A model generated the notes under the pieces. It searched no databases and was not told the DNA's origin. It saw nothing but the letters and a program-made list of their open reading frames with translations. Below, piece by piece: positions 1 through 11,955 of a stretch of 32,885 bases of DNA (within the stretch, counting starts at the first letter, position 1; each line of letters starts with the position of its first letter). The stretch spans positions 14,587,109-14,619,993 of the forward strand of contig NC_068994.1 in assembly GCF_001194135.2 (NCBI RefSeq), read 5' to 3'. The translations under genes and the position numbers were made by a program. The DNA is from Octopus bimaculoides. Lineage: Eukaryota.

Positions 1-91
1 GGCAGATAAAAAAATTTTTAAAAAGAGTTAAAAATCTTCTAAATTTAGACTATTTAAAACAAACATTACAAAAAAAGTATGATAAATTTAC

Positions 92-196
92 CAAATCAGA
101 TTTTTCTTCTTCCATTTGCTCGATTACTTCTTCCAGTTTTAGATTCTTCTCTGTGAGTGTTGTAAGCATTTCTTCTGCACCCAAAGCAGCATCCAC
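92..196 (-). CDS. DCTN1: Dynactin subunit 1 (p150Glued) coding exon, CC1 region
   Basis: Minus strand tttgtag|GTG...TTG|gtaaat, 105 nt, phase 0-0. Translates [35 protein letters not shown], matching the p150Glued motif [25 protein letters not shown]. Confidence 0.95.
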
Positions 197-509
197 CTAC
201 AAAATATTTTTAAAAAGTCAAAATTTGTTCAAAAGCAACAAAGAATAACTTGAAACAAAGAACAAATGTAATTCTTAAGGTAGTATTTCAACACAACTAA
301 CAGAGTGTGTAAATTTGAAGGCCATATTAGTAAAAAAAAAAGTGATTTATTATTTTTTTTTTTTTTAAAGAATGAATATATTTAGTTACAACACAGATTA
401 CCAAATTAAAAAAGAAAAATTTTGCAGAAATACATCTTAACATGATAATTTGTTATAATTTCATTTTTATATTTGGTTTACAGGATTATGTGTGATACTA
501 CATATTTTG

Positions 510-733
510 TTGTATCTTGAGAGGGTCATAATGCCAATACACACACTGCTTTGATTTCACTTCTTTCATTTTTAATTGTCAACTGATTAAGCATTTAACC
601 AATTAACTAATCAGTTGTTTGGTCAATCATTTGGTTAATCAAACAATCAATTAGTTAATTAAAAGTGAAAAATAAGTGAAATAGAACCAGTGTGTGTGTA
701 TGTGTGTTTATTGGCATAACGACCCTCCAGAGA
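510..733. mobile_element. Degenerate palindromic (MITE-like) element
   Basis: Left gagagggtcataatgccaatacacacactg...tttcactt is the imperfect reverse complement of right aagtgaaa...cagtgtgtgtg...tattggcataacgaccctccagag. Family not identified. Confidence 0.5.
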
Positions 734-905
734 AAAAATTGTTATAAGTTATTGTCAAATCTACATACATCTTTCTCCACAAAAGTCCATTGTGGTGACT
801 TTTAAGCATTTAACCAATAAACTAATCAGTTGTTTGATCAATCATTTGGTTAATCAAACAGTCAATTAGTTAATTAAAAGTGAAAAAAAGTGAAATAGAA
901 CCAGT
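587..905 (+). repeat. ~103-bp direct repeat (about 587-690 and 803-905)
   Basis: ttaagcatttaaccaat(t)aactaatcagttgttt...aagtgaaatagaaccagt is present twice with few differences. Confidence 0.85.
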
Positions 906-1299
906 TGACTAACATCAACTGTGAACTTGAAAAATGACAAACTGTAGACTCAGAGAAGGTCATATTATTGTATGCAAGATTCTAAATGTGTATATATACC
1001 ATAATGCTGATTAAAATCTCTCAACTATGGTTTTATTGGTTTGTTGTATCTCGAGAGAATGAAATGCCAAGAGCAAACCTTACAAAAAAAAAAAAAAAAA
1101 TCTGGTGTGTGCCTTGAAGGAAGTTATACATTCAAATTCGGATGGATTTCCATTGATTTCTGCAGCTGAATGGATACTAAATGATGTGCTCTGTACTCCA
1201 TTAGACTTTTGTCTGGTTAATGTTGCTTACTTATTACTCAAAGCTCTTTTCATATGCTAGGTTTTATAAGCTGACCTTATAAAATATATTTGACAGAAA

Positions 1300-1681
1300 T
1301 CGTAGTCGTTGCCAGTGCCAGTGCCATTTGACTGACACCTGTGCAGGTGGCATGTAAAGAGAAGTGTTCAAGCATTGGGCCTCATGGAGGCAGTGACAGG
1401 TGAGCAAGACTTTTGGCGATATACTGTGCTGTGTAGACCAGTCAAACCAAGTGTAGACCATAGTTGTGGCCGATGTCAGTGTCAGGTCAATGGCACCTGT
1501 GCCAGTGGCACATAAAAAACACTCATTAGGCTCTCGGAGTGGTTGGCATTAGGAAGGGCATTCAGCCATAGAAACCTTGCCAAACCAGATCAGAATCTGG
1601 TGCAGCTCCCCGGTTTACCAGTTTTCAGTCAAACTGTCCAACCCATGCCAGCATGGAAAGCGGACATATGATGATGATGAT
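1300..1681 (+). mobile_element. SINE-like repeat, family C (ggttggcattaggaagggcatccagc core, (GAT)n tail)
   Basis: Shares the core and the 3' end catgccagcatggaaagcggac...gatgatga with copies at 12787, 17162, 3525, 9680 and 25571. Confidence 0.8.
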
Positions 1682-3524
1682 AAAGACAGAATATATCTGA
1701 CAGATAGAGACAGGATATATATATATAGTCATATATTACCAGTATTATTTTAGAAGTTAAAAGAGCTGACCTAACCGAGAATTCAACCCAGATTTACAAG
1801 GTGAATTTATGAAAAACAAAAGCTTAATGGGTTTTAGTCCAGTGAAATATCCACCTTCACATCAAAGTTTGTTCCACATTAAGGATACTTTTCATCAAGC
1901 GATTTTACAGAAGAATGATTTAAAAAAAAAAAAAAATCATTCTGATATATTTGGCCGTTCAATAAAAACAAAACATTAGCTATGGAATAGTTATTTGTAA
2001 AAAAAAAAAACTAGCATTTTATCATAAATGTATATATTCATATTTATGAAAAATTAAAGATAAGGTACAACATGAAGTAGACCCTTAAACATAAGATCTA
2101 CTTCACAATTGATTTTTTTGATACTTACAAAAAAAAATCCTGTTCTGGAGGGTTTTTTTTTTATTATTTTTAAATTTAAAAAATACATTTTGCCAACAAA
2201 AAGTTATTTTACCCTCAAATGGTATAAAGAAGAAAAAAAAGAAAAAGAAATAAAGGCATTGAATAAAGTAATTAAGAAGCATAGCAGACCCAAAGGACCC
2301 CTTTAACAAGGAAGAGGCAAAGAACCTTAATGGTAGCTGCATTGAGGGGGGAAAAATATGAGCCCTCTAATATACATAGCAGCCGTCTGTTAGTAGTTCT
2401 GAGAAACCTTCCTTACAAAAGCTGCGATTACTGGTGCTGGTAGCAAAGAGCAATTATAAACCCTTCTCCAGAAAAGAGGATGGGAAATGGTTATTGGCAG
2501 CATTGAGAGGTCAAGTTGAGAGAAGACTCCAAGTAATAGCAGTTTTAGAAAAATGAAAAGCAATTATTATGGGAAGCAAGTATATATATATATATATATA
2601 TATAAAGTATAATTTAGAAAAATGAGAAGATTGTTAGCAATAACTTAAAGCAAATATAATTGATAATAATAAAAAAAAACAAACCCAAAATAAATACCAC
2701 TTTGGAGAGTTACAGTCAGTGTAATTTTATTTTATGTTTTAACTAGTGCTGGTGAAAGACCTTAACCAATGGGTTATCAAAATTTAGTGTTTGACTAAAC
2801 AAATAAAACGACTTACAAGCAGTAAACTATATAACTACTGTGAATTATTGAACCTTCGAGGACTAAGGCCTCTAAAATAAAACCAAAGCTTCTATGGTAA
2901 GATTAGCTATGTATTAGTGAGGTTTAATCTTAGGAGTAAAATATCAAATTAATAAATACATCAGGTTAGGTTTGAGGAGAAAACTGAAGATTTCGTTGCA
3001 AAATTAAAATGAAATGGTAAAATATGAAGCCAAAAGAAAAAAAAAAAAAACAAGAAAATGATTAAAATGCAAACATATCTTCATGGAAAATATCAGTACG
3101 TTAAGTCCATGGCCCAAATTAATTCCAGGTCAGAGCCATTTCCTTTCACATCACTTGTCTTGCTAATGTATCTCAGAAGAGAATGAACATTGTCACCGAG
3201 TGGTAGTTATGATTTGAGTAGTGACTGAAGAAATTTCAATTCCAAATTTCGACCATTTCATTTAAATCCTACCACTAATTTTCTTTGGAAATGGATAGCA
3301 TCATTTCAAAAGAGACGAAGGCAACTTGATGAACCATTTTAAAAATGGACTGGTTCTAAGAGCCAGAGAATGAAATGTAAGAGAAGGATTTGCTGCAGGA
3401 GAATCAGAATAGCGATTTTTTTATTTTTTTGTAACCAACAGTTACAAATATCTACGGATTAACTGATGCCTATCATAGTAAAAACAAATTATATAATGTG
3501 AAAAGCAAAGAATATATACACACA

Positions 3525-3715
3525 CATTATCAGCATTTAAATGTCCATTTTCCATGCTGGCATGAGTTGGACATTTTGACACGGAGCTGGTAAGGCCAGG
3601 ATCCTTACCAGACCCCATTATCTGTTTTGGTATAGTTTCTATGGTTGGATTCCCTTCCTAAAGCCAACCACTTTACAGTGTGTACTGGGTGCTTTTGGCA
3701 TGACACCAGCACCAT
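3525..3715 (-). mobile_element. SINE-like repeat, family C, diverged
   Basis: Reverse complement of the family C 3' end (tttccatgctggcatg...ggattcccttcctaaagccaaccac). Confidence 0.75.
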
Positions 3716-4780
3716 ACACACACACACAGTATGAGAGAACAACAGGAAGCATGTTGTTGGTATTTCGTTTATTTAATTTCAATTCAGCTAAAGTGTATCA
3801 CCTGAAGATTCAATTTATGATCAATCTAATCAATAAATAATTAGTCATTGACATTGATTACTGATCAATGAAATGACCATAAAGGATACAAAATAATGTA
3901 AGTGCCAACAAATCACTTCTAGTTATTTTCTTAGACTCTATGTACATGTTCCCCATGGAGATCACATAGCAACAGGAGTTTAACATAGACACTATCAGAG
4001 ATGCAACCTTATTACAGTAATTTATCATGTACCTAGCACATTGACTTGCACTATATGTGTGCATGTGGTTATATATTATGTGTGTGTGTGTGTGTGTGAG
4101 AGAGCTATGTAGTAGCTATATAAACAGAGCAAATTTCACTATTTCTCCAGAGATTGAAAATATGATGGATGGCCTTAATCGATTTTCAAACCTTATGGGG
4201 TTCTCATTAGAAATGTCTATATCACTTGACCAATCCCAAAGAAACAACTAGCCAATCTTATTTATATACATAACAAATCTAGTGGCTTCAAAGAACTGGA
4301 GCAACTCATTTGCATATTATAAGTGTTTAACATTTTATCTAATAGCAGCAGACTGTCAACAGGGACTTCAGCCCACACAATATTAAGCTATGATATATGT
4401 AATATATGCAGTATGTATACACTTATGTATGATTGAAAGACAATTAACAGATATTTGTAGAGAAATAACTAGAAGAGTGACACCAGAGTATTGTGGAAAT
4501 GGAGAAGAAATACTATTGTGTGATATTTGTTCAAAGAAGTTAGACAGAGCGTTCATCTGTCATGGGTTCAAATTGTAAATGATTGAAATTATGTCCTTCA
4601 CATACACACCATTCCACAAAATGTATTTGGAAACAAAACATGGAAAAACAAAAAAACAAGCAAACAAAAGAAGGAAAAAAAGGGAAAAGGGAAAACTACT
4701 GAGGCTTTCATTGAGACACAAAAATTTGTGAATGGCTGAATATTTACAAGAGAAATCTGTAAAATTTCATTTTTTTTTTT

Positions 4781-4783
<3 letters not shown>

Positions 4784-4863
<80 letters not shown>
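4784..4863. repeat. (TG)n microsatellite, about 40 units
   Basis: Direct reading of the sequence. Confidence 0.98.
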
Positions 4864-4864
<1 letters not shown>

Positions 4865-5333
4865 TCCATATGCATGCATTACCGTAGGTGGATGTTTGTA
4901 TGTGCATGCCTACACGTACATATGTATATATGTACATACACACATACATACATGTTTGAATAGATATGTGCATTCATTTTAAATTTTTTAAAAAAATGTT
5001 ATTGTCTGGTTCAGACTACAGTAAAGAGTGAACTGCAGAGATTTTAGTAATCAAACACTTAAACTGCTGTGTCTGTATAACACAAATAGATATCTATACA
5101 GTCAGAATAATAAAAGTGTGCATGTAGGCATGTACACATAGATGCAAGTGTGTTCCTATCAGAACTCAAAACGAACAAACAGAAATGGTGAAAGAAATTT
5201 TATACAGGCTGTAGTGAAGTATTAGTTGTAGAGCTGTAAGTAATCATAAATAACGAATATATGCAATACAAATCTTCAAAGTAACAAATGACTATTGAAT
5301 GACTATTTACGTATTAGTGTGTGAGCAAATATT

Positions 5334-5370
5334 ATATATTTACACACACACACACATATCTATATATATA

Positions 5371-5407
<37 letters not shown>

Positions 5408-5582
5408 NNNNNNNNNNNNNNNNNNNNNNNNNNNNNNNNNNNNNNNNNNNNNNNNNNNNNNNNNNNNNNNNNNNNNNNNNNNNNNNNNNNNNNNNNNNNN
5501 NNNNNNNNNNNNNNNNNNNNNNNNNNNNNNNNNNNNNNNNNNNNNNNNNNNNNNNNNNNNNNNNNACACACACACACATATA
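5334..5582. repeat. (CA)n/(TA)n microsatellite spanning the assembly gap at 5408-5565
   Basis: Direct reading; the N run is flanked by TA and CA repeats. Confidence 0.9.
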
Positions 5583-5801
5583 CACAAGGGGACGCTAAAA
5601 AGACCCTGGCTTTGAGTAAAACAAAATACAGGAGGATCAGTTAATTATGATTTTTATTCAACATATTCACCTCTCAGATTCACCTAGTTGTTGCAGCAGC
5701 TCAGTTTTCCTCAGCTCTGTAAAAGAATTTGAAAGTTTGGGCCTCCAACTAGGCCTTTCACAACACCATTAAAGCCAGGAACTTTTCAGCACCCCCTCGT
5801 G
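5583..5801. mobile_element. Tc1/mariner-type MITE
   Basis: TA flanks at 5581-82 and 5802-03. 31-bp TIRs CACAAGGGGACGCTAAAAAGACCCTGGCTTT and (reverse complement) CACGAGGGGGTGCTGAAAAGTTCCTGGCTTT. The interior is homologous, in opposite orientation, to 28866-29216. Confidence 0.8.
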
Positions 5802-5936
5802 TATGTATGCATTAGATGTTGCTATACACCACTGATCACAATGTGCTTCTTTGCATTGTTGTAGTGTTCAAATGACACCATCCAGCTGACTAGGCATATC
5901 AGTAATTGAGACCATAACATTCCATAACAGGAATGA

Positions 5937-6144
5937 TTTAAAGCAGCTATACCTGACCCAAATATTCTACCTTATTTTATGTTCAAACTGGTCAGATTCC
6001 ACCTCACACACATACCCTACAATGCCATTCTAAAAATAATGACATCAACGCTATCTCAAAACCACAAGATAATGCAAAATTAATGCAAAACAATATGGAT
6101 ACAAAGCATTACATTTGACAGTAATCTGAATGCTAACGAGTTAG
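5937..6144 (+). mobile_element. piggyBac-type MITE family P2, degraded copy
   Basis: Interior (cccaaatattct...atgttcaaactggtcagat...cacataccctacaatg...agcattacatttgacag) matches the copies at 6806, 8234, 10608 and 27478; termini are eroded. Confidence 0.65.
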
Positions 6145-6573
6145 TAACAATTGGTTAGACTGAGAAATGGAGAATTACATCGTCCAGAAACTCACTGAAA
6201 CACCTGATGCAAAATCATACCCAATTAATTACAAGTCCACTGCTTGAGATTACCTTGTTGATGGTTCTCCAATACAAAACTTCCATAATTAAATTAAAAT
6301 CTTCCTTCATAACTTTATGTAAGACCTATGTTTCTTTATTTTTTTTTTCCAAACTGCAGGTTAATAATAAAAAATTATTTTACTAAAACCATTCTGAATT
6401 CTTCAAAATAGTTTTTAAAACCAATATATACGATGAATGTTCCAAACAAATTGAACAGCTAAGAAAGAAAAATTTCAAAAGAGCCATTAAAATAACAGCT
6501 AAAACACTATCATAAGGACACTGAGAAAAGTGGAAGGAAAGATAACTAATAGTTTCCTGTAAATAGAGTTTAA

Positions 6574-6801
6574 CCCTTTGCCTGTCCAAATCATTTTCAT
6601 AAGTTTGCCCTAAATCTCCATGCTTGTTTTCAGACTTTTTAGGTAGCCCTTTTTTCATATGTTCTGAGTAATATAAAGCTTTTCTCAGTTCCAAGTTACT
6701 TTGATAGCTGAAAAAAATTGGGAACGTATATCATATATAAAAGCATGGACATCATGAAAATATGTCCTATGAATCACAAGATGCACAGGACAAGCAAAGA
6801 T
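6574..6801 (+). mobile_element. piggyBac-type MITE family P3
   Basis: TTAA (6570-73)|CCCTTTGCCTGTCC ... GGACAAGCAAAGAT|TTAA (6802-05). Confidence 0.75.
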
Positions 6802-6805
6802 TTAA

Positions 6806-7017
6806 CCCTTTAGTATTTAAACCGGCCATATCCGGCCCAAATGTTTTATATTCAACCAGCCAGATTTGATCTCTCACACCTACCCTACAAGGTCATTCTA
6901 AAAATGCAACAATCACATTACTGAATTCTTAAAAGCTATGAGATAATGCCTAATTAATTTGAAACAATGTAAATAAATAAGCATTACATTTGACAGAAAA
7001 ATCTAAATGCTAAAAGT
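6806..7017 (+). mobile_element. piggyBac-type MITE family P2
   Basis: TTAA|CCCTTTAGTATTTA ... TAAATGCTAAAAGT|TTAA (7018-21). Shares its left TTAA with the preceding element. Confidence 0.8.
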
Positions 7018-7464
7018 TTAAAGGCAAGATTTAAACTATTTTCACAAAAACACAAACTTATATGTTATGTTCATATTAAATCTCTATATACTGTTCACTG
7101 CCCCTCTGTCACTTTTCCCCCCAATTGCTGACCCCATCCTAGATAGAAATTCCACAACACACTTTCAATTGACATTCTAATATTTTGCTGTTGCTTCTGA
7201 CATATACACACACCTGATAGGTTTCTGTATAGTTCCTATCAACGAAATTCTACTCACAGGTTATTGGTTAACCCAAAACTACAATAAAAGAAACTTTCCT
7301 AAATATTTTTCAAAGGGTGAAACGGTTTGTAAAAAATTAAGAACTGGTTTAACAAGTCTCATAAACTCTCAGCTTCTTTTAAATCTCATAGCATCTGATC
7401 AAAAGCAAAAGCATGAATAATGTAGATTATATATTTATGACATATATAAATCTTTACATTAAAT

Positions 7465-7743
7465 CAGTGGTTCTCAACAATTTTTTTTTTTTTTTTTTTT
7501 TTTTGCCTATGGATCCCTTTGATTCCTATGTTACTCCACTGGGACTCCATAGCTTCTCAGTGTATATAAAAAAAACATCCTACTGTATTTTTTATAATTA
7601 AATCTTATTAGGAATTGTACAAAAAAAAAAAATTAATATTTCGTACATGGTAAGAGTATAAGCAATTTATTGCACATAAATTTTAACAAGAAAATCTTAT
7701 ATGGGCCCCAAAGGGCCATATGGACCCTGGTTGAGAACCCCTG
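7465..7743. mobile_element. hAT (Charlie-like) MITE
   Basis: TIRs CAGTGGTTCTCAAC and GTTGAGAACCCCTG. 8-bp TSD cattaaat (7457-64) versus cattacat (7744-51). Confidence 0.88.
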
Positions 7744-8233
7744 CATTACATTATGTATGTATGTGTGTGCACGCGCGCGCGTGTGTGTGTGTGTGTGTGT
7801 TTGTTTATACATGTGTCCATGCATGTAATACTACAAAAGTTTACTAATCAACAATATTACCACATTAGTAGTAACTACAAACAATAACATGTTTCACACT
7901 TAAAAGATTGTTTTTAACATTCAATTTTCTTTCTTATAACTTCAAGGTAATAATTTGGTCAATTAGACACTTTGGACATTTGTCAACACATCCATTGTTT
8001 TTTTACTATCTTGCACAACACTTTCTGATGCATTTTTTTAATAATTCACTTCATAGATTAACAGTCTTGCTAGTCATTGCATTGTTGCTATTGTTATGTA
8101 ACACCAGTCAGTCATACCCAAGGTTCGGAGGCAGTATGGAAATATTTGATCTAAATATACATTTGATTGATGTTTTTAACCAATGCCAGTTCAATCAGTC
8201 TAAAATGAGTTGTTCTAGTATGGAGGACATTAA

Positions 8234-8449
8234 CCTTTTAGCGTTTAAACTGACCATATCCAGCCCAAATATTCTGTTTTATGTTCAAACTGGCCAGAGC
8301 CGGGTCGTCACACCTACCTTACAATGTCATTGTAAGAATAGACAAACACATCATCAAAATTTCAAAGCTACAAGACGATGCATAATTAATCCAAAATAAT
8401 CTGAATAAATAAGCACTACATTTGACAGAGTAATATGAACACAAATGTG
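8234..8449 (+). mobile_element. piggyBac-type MITE family P2, diverged
   Basis: TTAA|CCTTTTAGCGTTTAAAC at the left end, P2 interior, and TTAA at 8450-53. Confidence 0.7.
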
Positions 8450-8499
8450 TTAAGCACTTGATCCTTATGTTAAAATAACCAATGTGCAGATATGCAACC

Positions 8500-8697
8500 T
8501 AACCCTTTGCCTGTAGGAAGTATTTTCTTAAGTTAGTCCTAAACATCTATCATTGTTTTCAGACTTTTAGTTAACCTTCGTTTCAGACATTCTCAATAAT
8601 ATAAAGCTTTTTTTTTGTTTTTTTTCTTCATAATTACCAAGTTACCCAGAAAAAAATATCCTTTGTACCACATGTGATACACAAGACAATGGGTTAA
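8500..8697 (+). mobile_element. piggyBac-type MITE family P3, diverged
   Basis: (c)TAACCCTTTGCCTGT ... acaagacaatGGGTTAA. Interior is similar to 6574-6801 (ttgttttcagacttt, aatataaagctttt, ccaagttac). Confidence 0.65.
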
Positions 8698-9565
8698 GTG
8701 ACAACACATCATAACCTTGGTGGATTTGAAGTCACTGTTATATGTCTCATGGTCAAATTACATGACTCAGCTTGCCTCAGTCTACTTAACTGTCATACAA
8801 AAGCTTCTCTTGTGACTGAATATTTCGTTGTAAAAGTACAAGTACTATGAAAGGACAAGTGTAGTAAAAGCAAACTCTCCAAGTTAGATTTAAATATCCA
8901 AATTTTCAAAACCCAAACTTAGCTATACTTTTATGAAAAAAGAAGGATATAACAGATTTTAAAAATAGTTATTCTCTTCAACTTTACATCAACAAAAACT
9001 GTTAAATGCCTTAACATTTTGAGATTCATCGTCACTAAGATAAATTTTTGGCAGTGACAGATACAAGTGTAAATGCAATTAGTTTAGAAACAAAAGGTTC
9101 CTAGTTTGAATCCAACCTGAAATAAATGTATGTAATTTGGACTTTGGTAGCTGGTAATGGTTGGAGATCAGACAGATTGAAGCATAGTGAATATCAATAA
9201 TCCAGGATGTTATCATTTAAAGTGTTATTTGACTTCATATTATCATCACCATCATTATCACTAATAGCTTAACCAATTAATTTTTTCCTTCAGTACCTAC
9301 TCCCATTATAACTTTACACATCTACTTGATAATCGATGAGAGACTGTGTTGAAACAGAATCACCCAATCCATGCTAGTATTGAAATCCAGCTGCAAAAGG
9401 ACATCAGAAATGATATAACTAAACCAGAGCTCAAAGAAACTGATCGTGGTCTGTCTCACAAAAAACTATACAGGGGAGGGCCATCCATCCATCCTTCTGA
9501 GAGATTTTTTTTTGATTTTTTTCTTTCTCAAAGGGACAGCTCTGAAACGTCAGTATCTTCTAGCA

Positions 9566-9601
9566 CAGGGGTCCGCAAGTCAAAAAGTTTGAAAACCCCT
9601 G
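9566..9601. mobile_element. 36-bp minimal hAT element
   Basis: ttctagca|CAGGGGTCCGCAAGTCAAAAAGTTTGAAAACCCCTG|ttctagca: perfect 8-bp TSD and CAGGGGT/ACCCCTG inverted ends. Confidence 0.8.
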
Positions 9602-9679
9602 TTCTAGCATACAAGCATCAAAGTCACAAACGTGTGTCTATGTGTGTGTGATGAATTGAATCATTTTACAGCATTAGAA

Positions 9680-9890
9680 TCATGATCATCATTTAACATC
9701 CGTTTTCCATGCTGGCATGGGTTGGACGGTTCAGCTAGAGCTGGCAAGCTAGAGAGCTGCACCAGGTTCCAGTCCTGTGTTTTGGCTTGGTTTCTATGGC
9801 TGGATACCCTTCTTAGCAGCGACCACTTTACAGAGCGTACTGGACACAGATGTTTTTGTTATGTGGCACCAGCACCAACAAGGTCAGCTG
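9680..9890 (-). mobile_element. SINE-like repeat, family C
   Basis: catcatttaacatccgttttccatgctggcatgggttggac...ggatacccttc is the reverse complement of the family C 3' end. Confidence 0.78.
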
Positions 9891-10177
9891 GGAGGGAAGC
9901 ATTAATCAAGATGGTTTAAATGTTCTTTGAATATTAAAATTCTAAAACAGATTCTAGAAAGAATATCACCTGTTGATAAAATGCCAGCCAAAATAATGGT
10001 TTAATATAGTGAAATACAGATTTTCATGTTAAAAAAAGCAATGACTGTTAGTGTAGGTTTTGAAGAAATATGCTAGTTAAATTCCCTTTTACACCAAGTT
10101 TAGGATATAAAAAGATGTAATACTTTTTTTAATAAAAGTTAATTCACACAAATAAATGCATGGCTGCATGATTAAGA

Positions 10178-10496
10178 ACAGGCGCAGGCATGGTTATGTG
10201 GTTAAGAAACTGGCTTTGCAACCACGTGGTTTTGGGTTCAGTCCTACAATGCATCGAATCAATTTGGTAGACCTATTATATGTGTGTGTGTGTAAGTCCA
10301 CATCACCACTTGATGACCAATGCTGGTTTGTTTACATCCCCCTTACCGAGAAGTTTCAGCAAGACAGACCAATAAAATAAGGGTCGGATTTTCAAAAAAG
10401 TACTGGGGTCAATTTGTTCGATTTGAACCCTTCAAGATGGTACCCAGCATGATCACAGTCGAATGACTGGAATGAGTAATCAATAAAGAATAAGGA
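10178..10496 (+). mobile_element. tRNA-derived SINE, family A, diverged
   Basis: Head ggcgcaggcatggttatgtggttaag...gggttcagtcc (Pol III A/B-box-like); body and tail are homologous to 22903-23320 and 30464-30825. Confidence 0.7.
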
Positions 10497-10607
10497 TAAC
10501 ATAAATATATTTCTTACTAATTAATCCTAATTAATTCTCTAGCATCAATGTAGAGTGACAATGACGTCTGTGTATAAAGTATTACATTTTGTAAGATTAT
10601 TACATGT

Positions 10608-10824
10608 GAACCCTTTAACATTTAAACCGGCCATATCCAGCCTAAATATCCTACCTGTTGTATGTTCAAACCAACCAGATCTGGTATCTCACACCTATCC
10701 TGCAATGTCAATCTACACAAACGTATCAAAATCTCACAGCTATGAGATGGTACATGATTAATTACAAAGCAATTGAAAAACTGAGCATAACATTTGTCAG
10801 AATAATCAGAATGCTAAAGGGCTA
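10608..10824 (+). mobile_element. piggyBac-type MITE family P2
   Basis: aaccctttaacatttaaaccggccatatcc ... aatcagaatgctaaagggcta; P2 interior with mutated TTAA flanks. Confidence 0.7.
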
Positions 10825-11214
10825 CGGTTGAACAAATCTTGAAACCCCTAGTTTATATAAACTGTCCAAGTGTTTTTGACCATAAGTTATGAACAAACAA
10901 AAACGAAGGCTTTAAGGTTTAGAAGGGAAGGAAAAAGAGGTAAAAAAAAAAAAAAAATTTATGATCCCAAATTGAAAGCCAAACTTTCAAGGCAGATAAA
11001 GCAACCCAGTTTATGGGAAACTTAAAGCAATTTGGACTGTTGAAAGCAAAAAGAAGGAATCAACCTGCTGGAGGCTTGGAGAATCTACCCTGTGTTTACC
11101 TTGGCTAGAACTTCCGATAACTGAAAAACAATTACATTATCAGAACAAATGATTAACTGAGATCATTCACCAATCACGACACCGCTATGATCTAAATTAT
11201 AAAAAAATACAAAT

Positions 11215-11238
11215 AAATATATATATGTCTACACGTAC

Positions 11239-11299
<61 letters not shown>

Positions 11300-11415
11300 A
11301 ATATACGAACAAATACACAAACACACAAATATATGCACAAATACACACACATATATACACATACACACACACATATATAAACACAACTACATGCACACAA
11401 AACCCTCTGTTATAT
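11215..11415. repeat. Compound (TA)n/(CA)n microsatellite
   Basis: Direct reading of the sequence. Confidence 0.92.
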
Positions 11416-11579
11416 ATGCATACAAAGATTTCAAAATTTAAAGTTAAGACAGAAAAAAAAGTGGTGAAAAAAGTTAGATTAAAAACCAATTTTTCAAGGA
11501 TGATATTATATCTTTATATCTTACAATACTTACATGAACAAGAGAATAGAACAATGAAGCTATTAATAAAAATTGATAC

Positions 11580-11955
11580 GGTGCAGGAGTGGTTGTGTGG
11601 TAAGAAGTTTACTTCCCAACAACATGGCTCCCGGTTCAGTTCCACTGCATGGCACCTTGGGCAAGTGTCTTCTACTATAGCCTCAGGGCGATGAAAGCCC
11701 TGTGAGTGGATTTGGTAGGTGAAAACTGAAAGAAGTTCATCGTGTGTGTGTGTGTGTGTGTGTCTGTCTGTCCCACCACTGCTTGACAACCTGTGTTATG
11801 TTTGTCACCACAATTTAGTGGTTCAGCAAAAGGAACCAATAAAATAAGTACCAGGCTTAAAAAAAGGGTACTGGAGTCAATTCATTTGGCTAAAATTCTT
11901 CAAGCCAGTGCCCCAGCATGGCCACAGTCTAACGACTGCAACAAGTAAAAAGATA
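11580..11955 (+). mobile_element. tRNA-derived SINE, family A
   Basis: ggtgcaggagtggttgtgtggtaag (A box)...cggttcagttcc (B box)...ccttgggcaagtgtcttctactatagcc, with an internal (GT)n and a caagtaaaagataa tail. Confidence 0.85.

Noticed and set aside
2984-3260. CTGAAGA heptamers (about 2985 and 3225) as further hammerhead cores
   Set aside because: No stem II closed by GAAA and no NUH or stem I pairing follow.
4390-4578. ORF with EYCGNGEEILLCDICSKK, superficially PHD/ADD-finger-like
   Set aside because: The Cys/His spacing is incomplete, and I found no convincing donor site or partner exons; probably chance.
4598-4982. HT/CV-repeat ORFs here and similar ones at 5299-5644, 11192-11489 and 15696-16306
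   Set aside because: They are translations of (CA/TG)n and (TA)n microsatellites.
7908-8399. 163-aa ORF with a hydrophobic, signal-peptide-like stretch
   Set aside because: AT-rich composition, and the C-terminal third is a P2 MITE; no recognisable domain.
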